Source of the DNA: Ginkgo biloba
Lineage: Eukaryota; Plantae; Ginkgophyta
Direction of reading: 5' to 3'
Assembly (NCBI GenBank): GCA_024626585.2
Contig: JANKJI020000004.1
Span: 108,279,159-108,298,369 of the forward strand
DNA length: 19,211 nt
Position numbers and translations under genes: made by a program. Below, piece by piece: positions 10,762 through 19,211 of the stretch (the stretch's first letter is position 1; each line of letters starts with the position of its first letter). The notes beneath the pieces were generated by a model. The model was given only the letters and a program-made list of their open reading frames with translations. It ran no database searches and was not told the DNA's origin.

Positions 10762-12001
10762 CTAATTGACACCACTAATCCTTATTTTGGAGATATCATA
10801 ATTAATCTACAAACCATAAAGTTTTGAATTAGATTTACTAAGAGTTAACAACGTTGCATTAGGTGACAAGCCTATTAATTCCTCAGTATGGATGGCACCC
10901 TTTATTATATAGGCATTGATAGAGTGTTACATAATTACATCATGCATAGAAAAGATAAAAAGGTTCTAAATGAGTATAATAATGGGGATTATGGTGTTAG
11001 TTTTATAATCTTGCTTCAATAACTAAAATATTAGTTACTACTGGCTACCCATCTTTTCTTATTTCCCTAAGATAATCCAATGCTATACCAATTATTAAGT
11101 ATTTTCTAAAAATCATCAAAGTCCCCCATACCATTACATCATATGATTTTTTTTGGTCCCTTTACTAAATAGGATATTGATTTTATAGAGTGCCACCCTC
11201 TATCCCACAATCATCATCACTATAATAGTCATGATTAGCCACCAAGTGAATTAAGTCTATGCCTATTCATAAGAATGATGAACACATGTTTGTATTTAAT
11301 CATATTGTTTGTTACTTCAACATCCTTAACCATATCATTTTTTTACCATAGTTCATATTTTATGAATAATATACTGAGGGAGTTATTCTAATGACTTGGT
11401 ATTAACCATGCCAAATATTCTCCCAACTACCTATAGTTAAATGGATAGGTTGAAGTTGTTAATGATTTCATTAAAATCATTCTTCAAGGAATGAACTCCA
11501 TAAGAAAACACGATTGGAGCATAAATATTTATTCAAATTTATGGACATATCTTACATCCATAAAAGTCATGATAAGGTCCACTCCCTTCTCACTGGTTTA
11601 TATGTTGGAATCCATACTTATGATTTAGTGTGAGATGTCCTCACTCAAAATGGTAGTGGAGAAAAACCCAAGGTTATATCCCTTAGAATACTACCTTGTC
11701 AAGCTTGAATAGTTTGTTGAGAGCCCTCTTTTATCATTCTAACACCTTGAGTCCAAAAAGCAATATATGAAACATACCATTAATAAGTTTATTCACTCTT
11801 ATTGATTTGAAGAGGGTGATATTATATTGGTTTATGACCATCTAAGATAAGTTAGGTGCTAAGAATTTTAATCAACAATAGTTAGGTACTTCTATAATCA
11901 TCTTTATGCTAGTAAAAGGTGTATATGACCTCATTTATCATGATAGTATGTCCTATGAAAATACCATAAATGGACTCTACTTGAAAACGTTTTATGCCTA
12001 A
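10762..12001 (+). mobile_element. Decayed Tat-clade Ty3/gypsy integrase, through to the pol stop codon
   Basis: LIDTTNPYFGDIIINLQT...DGTLYYIGIDRVL...KVLNEYNNGDYG (cf. EKVLNDCHSGACGGH), GPFTK*DIDF (cf. GPFAKWGIDF), YL*LNG*VEVVN (cf. YPQANGQVEAVN), LWTYLTS...TPFSLVY, FEEGDIILVYD, and terminal INGLYLKTFYA* with TAA at 11999-12001. Confidence 0.92.
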
Positions 12002-13969
12002 GGCTATTATTATGTCCATGCATATACTTAAATGATTAAAATATANNNNNNNNNNNNNNNNNNNNNNNNNNNNNNNNNNNNNNNNNNNNNNNNNNNNNNN
12101 NNNNNNNNNNNNNNNNNNNNNNNNNNNNNNNNNNNNNNNNNNNNNNNNNNNNNNNNNNNNNNNNNNNNNNNNNNNNNNNNNNNNNNNNNNNNNNNNNNNN
12201 NNNNNNNNNNNNNNNNNNNNNNNNNNNNNNNNNNNNNNNNNNNNTAACTCCATCAATATTATAGGGTCCAAAAACTAGATGGATACCTCTTTAACCCTTT
12301 ATTTATCCCTCACATTGTGTTGAGGGCATCCATCAATTTTAGTCAAATTATTATAAAAAATCAAATCACTCTTATAGATAGTGTCCTAATCACTCATGGC
12401 TTGTGCACCCAAGGCATCATGCCATATAACATCTTAGAGAGTTTAGTTAGGACCATTGTATTTATTTTTTACTTGAAGTTATTTGATGCCCATAGTCTAT
12501 TAATCGCTTCTCTTGAAAACTCACCTTAAAATAAGTATTAGAACACATTATCTGCTAAGATGATTTGTCAATCCTTTTGAATATAATCAAATTTTCTAGG
12601 TAACGTATTAATTTCCACTATTTTCAGAATAGATTGTGATATCCATACTTCATAAGAGAATGCCTAATTAACATTCTCTCCTTATGAAATTAGTTGTCCT
12701 ACCAACAATAGTACATGTTTCTAGGGTAGCCTTAGACTATTTTGTTATCTAGGATAACCCTCTTACTTTCTTATTTTAGGTGGAATTTCTTCATGACTAT
12801 CATCCCCACTCTTTATTTCTACATCAATCATATACATACCTCTAGATCCTTTGTCTATTCAATTAATTTGGATGGATATCATCTCACATTCTAAGAAGAC
12901 TACTAATGTAATTAAATGCAAATAAAATTGTACTATGCCATACCTATAATGATATAATGCTATAAAGTTGGCACTTATCCAACTCTTACTTCTGATTAGA
13001 TATNNNNNNNNNNNNNNNNNNNNNNNNNNNNNNNNNNNNNNNNNNNNNNNNNNNNNNNNNNNNNNNNNNNNNNNNNNNNNNNNNNCAATTTTCTTGGTTG
13101 TTAAGATTCTCATCCTCTCATCATCAACATCAATGTTAATACAATAGACATAATTGTCATTATTAGTCTTTATCCATGCCTTGATTTTGATGCTCTAACT
13201 CTCTCTTTATCCCTTACTTACTACTATTTTACCTCTTATTGAATAATTTCAAACCATCTATGCCCTATTATCCTCACCCTTCAAGGGGAATTCTATTATT
13301 AGGAAAAATGGTACCANNNNNNNNNNNNNNNNNNNNNNNNNNNNNAAGTATGCAAAACCATGATTGAATATACAAGGGGGCAATCTGCTTTCTTGAACTT
13401 CTATACTTTATATGATTTAGAATAAATCTCTCTAGACAAACTATAGGGTTTATACAATCTTCTCAATAATAATTTTTCCTAGTACTACATAAGTGCATAC
13501 GATTATAGTAGAATACTTTAGAAGAATGCACTCCTTAAGCGTGCAATTATACAATAGTATGTAAGTGCAGTGCAAAAACATGGTGAAGTGTGTCAAATTA
13601 CAATAAATCCTATAAGTTGCTAAAAACATAAACTAGAAAGCCAAGGAGCTGCATTCTTGTATGTAACCCAAGATCATGATTTGTTCTTGTCTTGTGAACT
13701 TGTTAAATCACATACATGATATCCTAGATGATATTCTATGTACTTTATGGAGATTGAAAATCTAAGATCTATCGTAATCACATAAGATTCTAAGATAAAT
13801 CAAAGACATAAACCATTCACAAATCTTTTGGTCAAATAACCAAACTATCTTAATTCCACTTACAAATTANNNNNNNNNNNNNNNNNNNNNNNNNNNNNNN
13901 NNNNNNNNNNNNNNNNNNNNNNNNNNNNNNNNNNNNNNNNNNNNNNNNNNNNNNNNNNNNNNNNNNNNN

Positions 13970-15150
13970 TAGATGTCTACATTAATATTTGAGGAAAAAA
14001 AAAATTCAATTATTTCATTCTTTCATCCACTACATTCTACTCCCAACTTAAAGGCGTCTTGCAACATTATAACTCATGTGTCCTAATATCATGTTTAGTA
14101 TTGGTAGTATAAACTTATTTTTTATAATTAAATGAATCTTTTTGAATACTTGGCATGGATTTTCTATCTCTTTAGGGGTTCTCTTATACGTTATTATTTT
14201 NNNNNNNNNNNNNNNACCTGCCTCCTAAATTTGTTATGAAAAGTGATGACTTAATTAGTGGCCTTATCCAAGTAAGAGATCCAAACTTTTTCATTGTACG
14301 GTTTTGGCATAATTTCCAAACTCTTTAGATTCCTTAAATAAAAGAAGAAATCTTCAACAAAGAAACATTCAATTTAAAAAAAACCCTTTATTTTTCACCC
14401 TATTACAATTATATCCTATTTTGAATCTAGACAATACAGGGAAATGATTACAAATAGTCATAGATAACACATTAACATGACACTTAATCTTTGAAAATTT
14501 GACCATACTTGAAGCAAGAAACATCATCCTATCTAATATAGTGGGAAACTTATGTCTACCTTTTTGCATATTGTTAAGCATAAATCACATTTGACCATCA
14601 TTCCTTGGACATATACAAGATATTTTACTCCTAATTCCTTGGACATGGGAACCGATCTTCCTTCTCTTCTCCTTTCCACATATTCCATAGGGATCATTTG
14701 ATTTTCTTTTTGGCCTTTTATCATGTTAATGTCACCCATCATTATCGAGGGAACATCTTCCAAGTTATCTCCAAGCTAATTCGACATCGTAGTTTTCTCC
14801 ATGTAGTGATTAGAGGAATCGATAGAAAATATCCATACAATATTTCCTTCCTCTTGAAGTACAATACAAATAATTCTTTAGAATGGAATCACATCAAATC
14901 TCAAAATCTTCCCTATCTGTATAGGATGGAAAAAAATAACTATACCATCTTTCCTTTCCATATGAATAGTATATAATGTTAATGAATTATTCCACATATA
15001 ATTCATCATATTTCTAAGAATGTTCCCTTAATATTATACCTCCATCACATAAAATACATCTAAATACAACACTCTATTTTTAAATAACCTCATTACCATT
15101 CTTATATCTTGTATTCCCAAGACTCAAATATTTTAACTCACAATCTTCAT
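13970..15150 (-). mobile_element. Decayed L1-type LINE ORF2 N-terminus: APE endonuclease and linker
   Basis: Starts MKIVS*NI*VLG at ATG 15150 (cf. MKI.SWNVRGL), LDVFYVMEV (cf. D...LQE.K), RKDGIVI (cf. GG.AI), SIMMGDINM (cf. W...GDFN), LDRM (RLDR), ICNHFPV (SDH.PV), FKLNVSLL, and GSRM*WMKE*NN*IFF near 14040-13995 (cf. RSR..W...GD....FF). Includes listed ORFs 14533..14763 and 14369..14581. Confidence 0.9.
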
Positions 15151-15636
15151 TAGTTCAAATATTGTTTATATTCAATAATTAATAACATCTTATCTCCTTG
15201 AGAAGTTGAACTCATTTCTTTCTCTTTCTCAACATATCCATGCAGATTAGGGATTTTTTTTTAGGTGAAGAATCTTGACTCTATTTGTTCATTCCTCAAT
15301 TTTTTTAAAGAATTAATTAAGTTTAGACTAGTCTTTTTTCAATGACTAAAAAGAAAGGCCTAAGGAATCTATATGTTCTTCTCTATATTAATTAATATGA
15401 ACTTTGATACTACATTATCCTAACTCTCAATAAACTAAGTCAATATTGTTTCTAATTTCCTAACTAAATTTGGATAATCACAACTTCATATAAGAGATAT
15501 TTTCTCTTTTTATTTTTCATAATAATTTATTCTTTTATTTTGTTAGTTGATTTTGCTCTAGTTTAATTCATTTCTTTTAGGGTTTTCTATCTAAGTCAGT
15601 TTAAGATATTTTTTTACATAATGAACTAGTTATTTG
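15151..15636 (-). mobile_element. Probable LINE ORF1 C-terminal remnant (5'-truncated)
   Basis: Directly upstream of the ORF2 ATG, joined by a TAATG overlap. The minus strand is A/G-rich, and the skew changes near 15637. No diagnostic motif. Confidence 0.45.
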
Positions 15637-15751
15637 TAATAAAAGCACTAATTTAATAAACCAAAATAAATAACTTCATAAATTTTGGAAGATTCTACAA
15701 TTCTTATTTCAATTCATTCAAATAAAGGTGCAACTGAGTTAACAATAACAT

Positions 15752-16109
15752 ATATATTTTTTAAAAATCTTATTTAATTCAAAAAAAAATTATTATACAT
15801 AAATAAATCCACATAAAAGAATTACTATTTTTTAGAGAAACTTCTACAAACCATAGTTTAAATTATTAGTCTTAACCAATATAAGATAATGCATATTATT
15901 AATTATTTTATGGTTGAATGGTGGTGTCCACTACTACATGGATATAAAATTTCTTCCAATTTTTCAGTAAGTTGTTTACATACTATCAATGATTTTTCAT
16001 TCTTAAATCNNNNNNNNNNNNNNNNNNNNNNNNNNNNNNNNNNNNNNNNNNNNNNNNNNNNNNNNNNNNNNNNNNNNNNNNNNNNNNNNNNNNNNNNNNN
16101 NNNNNNNNN

Positions 16110-16142
<33 letters not shown>

Positions 16143-16397
16143 TTAAAACTCCTATTTAATTTTAAAAAAAAAATTATTGTAGAGAAATAAATCCACCTAA
16201 AAGAATTTCTTTGTTTTAGATAAACTTCCACAAACAATAATTTAGATCTTTAGTCTTAACCAATATAGGATAATGCATATTATTAATTATTTTATCATTG
16301 CATGGTAGTGTCCACTACTACGTGGATATAAAATTTCGTCCAATTTAGCATGCAAGTTGTTTACATACTATCAATGGTGATTCTTCATTCTCAAATC
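15752..16397. repeat. Diverged direct repeat, two ~260 bp copies (~15752-16009 and ~16135-16397)
   Basis: 15801-15900 aligns ungapped to 16185-16284 with 12 mismatches in 100 (manual count). Similarity continues to ttcattcttaaatc / ttcattctcaaatc. Confidence 0.9.
16110..16142. repeat. (TA)n microsatellite
   Basis: TA dinucleotide run with one interruption, abutting a 100-N gap, so the true length is unknown. Confidence 0.9.
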
Positions 16398-17080
16398 AAA
16401 CAAATATGAACCTTGGGCTTGGTATATCACATGTATTTTAATTTCTTTTAGGTGATGAAAAAAAAAGGCTTAAGGGCCTAAATGGGCTTAAGAATCTATA
16501 GAGTAGGTTATATGACTTGGGGTCTTAAGAGGTGCTAAGACCAAAGGGGCTTAAGTGTGAGGATGATATTATCTTGTCTTATCTTCTTATTTTAGGAGTT
16601 ATACTTATGTTTTTATTCTAAAATGTATTAAAATGCATCCTAAATATTTTAATAAACTAGTTTTTTATAACCTTGAACTCACTTAGAACTTGAATGAGTG
16701 TATGGATGCATGAAGACTCATGAGATAATATTTGAGTGAATTCATATGAAACCTTAGTAAGTGAGATTATAATTTTAGGCTAAGAGAACACTTATTTAAT
16801 GGAGTGACCTTGCCCATTATATGCATCATTCAAGATTGAAGCATTGAGGAAGTGCCTTACATTTTTAATGAAATGTTCCTTTATATTGCCTAATCAAAAT
16901 TTTGTGTGATATCTAAGGATATTTTAATCCCTTTGTAGAGTCTTTAAGTTTGAATAATTTAGTTATTGTTTAAGTGTACGATAATTTAAAAGAGTGTTGT
17001 TGTAGTAGTACATGATTGGCTCACATGAGTGAAAAGTTTGCATATGGATTTATTTTCCAAATTTTGGGATATTTAGAGTT

Positions 17081-17212
17081 TCATCTACATAGTTCAAAAA
17101 ATTAGTTATGTAGTTTGGGAAATCTACATAGTAGTTCAAAACATTCACTACNNNNNNNNNNTCCATGTAGCAGTTTAAAAAATTAGTGTAGTATTTTAGA
17201 AAATTGAGGTAT
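17081..17212. repeat. Degenerate 21-bp minisatellite (about 5-6 units)
   Basis: A tagtt(c/t) core recurs at 17090, 17111 and 17132. After a 10-N gap, cagttt is at 17171 and tatttt at 17192. This explains the 7-aa periodicity of ORF 17050..17265. Confidence 0.7.
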
Positions 17213-17881
17213 AGGGCCTGAAAATATGCATAACAAAAGGAAAATAGACCATGCATTTTTCTCAAATGCTAAGAGGGAATACTACTGCTTTTACATGTAT
17301 TATTCATGTTTTGATTCATGCAATCCTTCCCAATGATATTAATTAATATAAGAGTAGAAACATTCTTTGGGTGAGAAGATAAATTTTAATTTCTTTTCCA
17401 CTTTATTATATATATCCTTATAGTTAGTACAAGATATATATTTGATACTACATACGTAAACATGAAAGGAGTACTAGATCTGATAGAAGCAATATTTGAG
17501 GATCTAACTACCATGACTAGTCTATTCATTATAGGTATGGAATTTGAAGATGAACAAGATTAATTGAGTTATTTAGAAGAGTATGTAGAAGGAACCTTTG
17601 GTCACGAGGTGGAATAATTTAAAGAAACCATACGATAAATGAAGGAAGACCAAGCATAAATTAAGAAGGTGGTAAGCAAGCTTCTTACCTTGTTAACATA
17701 GTTACAAGCTCAAGGATTCACCCCAATTGTCCAACCTATTACAAGAACATATATAACATTAAATATGGTATTAATAGTTGCTACAATTCCTTCTTCTTAT
17801 TTTTCTATACTTCATTCTTCTTCCTAAGAATCATTAAGTTCTATTAATTAATTATTGCTTAGAAAAAATCCTCTTAGGATT

Positions 17882-19020
17882 GAGTCTAAGATGCACATTC
17901 AAATAATTAATGCTAAGATAAATGTTAAGGCACTTGAATTTAGATTCAATCCCTTTAAGTGTATTATTTTTTCAAAAAATATTTTCATTTGAAGAAATTG
18001 GACGTGTAAGATTAAAAATGTCTAGAAAGGCTTTGCTTTGGTGAGAATCATATTATAGGGAAAGGAACATGAGAAGAAATCACTCATGATATCGTAGGAT
18101 AACCTTAAGAATGAGTTATGCAAGACTTATTTTATCTTAGATACAAGGATGAGACATACATTAGATGGCAAAACTTGTGTTCGAAGGAAGGAAAAATCTT
18201 AGAGGATTATTATGAAGAATATCAAGATCTAGCCATCATTCTAGAGATAAAAGGAGTGAAGGATAATATGGTCCTATAGTTCATGAGAGGTACACACTTG
18301 TAGCTTCATTATGAAGTTGAGATTCTTTTGTTGAATTCAATGTAAGAATCCTATCACTTTGTCACCAAGGTTGAGGAAAGGATGAAGAGCACTTAAGCCT
18401 TTTTAGGCAAAGGTAAAAATAAAACCTCTTGCTTCACTTCTTACTCTAAAAGTAAAGATTATCAAAATAATAGAAAGAAAAATAAAAGTAATAAATGTGG
18501 ATATGATAAGAAGGTAATTCANNNNNNNNNNNNNNNNNNNNATACATTAAGAGAAGGCACCATTCTCTCTTCATTTGAAGGGACAAAGGAATAAGTAGGA
18601 TGAGCTAAAGGTAGTGATTGCTTCTTATGATCCTCATTCTTTCTTGTTATTAATGATATTAAGTAGGAGAGTAAGTAATGAGAGAATCTATTCACTTTTA
18701 AGTTACAAATGAATGGAATTCAAAGATTTTTTTTGTTAATAATGATAGTTTAAGAACTTAGTTTAGATACTTTTCTAGATTGAAATCCATATGAGATCAA
18801 TGGTCGAACTGAGGATAACAACAATAAGGTAACAAAGTAATGAAAATTAAAATTCATAGTTATTAAACAATATATTGATGAGATACAGGTGATATAGGTA
18901 TTATGGATTGTAGTAGTGTACTTTTAGGTAGTTCTTTTTCTAATTGATAGGAGAGTAGGAATCTTCCTATATGACGAAAAATGTAGACTACATAAAGATG
19001 GTAAAACCATCATAATAAAA
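17882..19020 (+). mobile_element. Decayed Ty3/gypsy (chromovirus/CRM-like) gag and protease
   Basis: Gag: KINVKAL, RLKMSRKALLW*ESY, IRWQNL..EG..LEDYYEEYQDLAIIL (18160 onward), VL*FMRG. Protease region: ENLFTFKLQM, KVTK**KLKFIVIKQYIDEI, VLLGSSF / LIDR, CRLHKDGK (cf. VTKQC..KFAI...YIDEV, ILGSPYL.DR, Y.L.KDGK). The element probably starts near 17420 and continues past the window end. Confidence 0.8.
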
Positions 19021-19211
19021 TATCTTACTACAACTAAAGCCACCATATTGTTTGATAGTTCTCAAGCCAAATGGTTGGTACAAGCATCATAAAAATTATT
19101 TAATCATGCTTAGGATTTAAAGAGATCCAAGTTATGAGGTTCAAATAGATCTAAAATATGCCATTCATGATGTAACAGAACAAAATCAATTGAGTGAAAT
19201 TTTGTAGGTCC

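Noticed and set aside
14698-14976. 92-aa plus-strand ORF
   Set aside because: It is antisense to the LINE endonuclease relic.
1274-16237. Listed ORFs consisting mostly of X (e.g. 1274..1660, 4300..4497, 6748..6999, 9028..9261, 11909..12271, 15889..16146)
   Set aside because: They stay open only because N runs contain no stop codons.
17050-17265. Heptad-repeat peptide ORF, or a CRISPR-like array
   Set aside because: The periodicity comes from a degenerate 21-bp tandem repeat with no unique spacers and no cas genes.
17415-17436. Possible LTR end plus PBS (cttatagttagtacaaga)
   Set aside because: The position is plausible, but there are too many mismatches to TGGTATCAGAGC to call it.

Overview
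Very AT-rich, CpG-poor eukaryotic DNA from a draft assembly with many N gaps; five gaps are exactly 100 N and are probably placeholders. It reads as plant intergenic DNA made of nested, decayed retrotransposons. The family types recall gymnosperm elements, but that is inference from remembered consensus sequences. I find no intact gene, RNA gene or CRISPR array. Manual translation through stops and frameshifts recovers these relics: an L1-type LINE on the minus strand in two pieces (ORF1 end plus endonuclease at ~15636-13970; RT plus 3' end at ~3700-1884); a Ty3/gypsy RT (4361-3722, minus); a CRM-like integrase with chromodomain (6102-6761, plus); a Tat-clade element in two pieces (~7780-9132 and 10762-12001, plus) with a different gypsy protease/RT-start fragment between them (~9627-10610); and a gypsy gag-protease (~17882-19020, plus). 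There is also a diverged ~260 bp direct repeat around a (TA)n tract and a 21-bp minisatellite. I see no evidence of a new biological system. The most interesting signal is architectural: the two LINE pieces may be one insertion split by about 10 kb of later LTR-element insertions. All motif comparisons were made by eye against remembered consensus; no searches were run.
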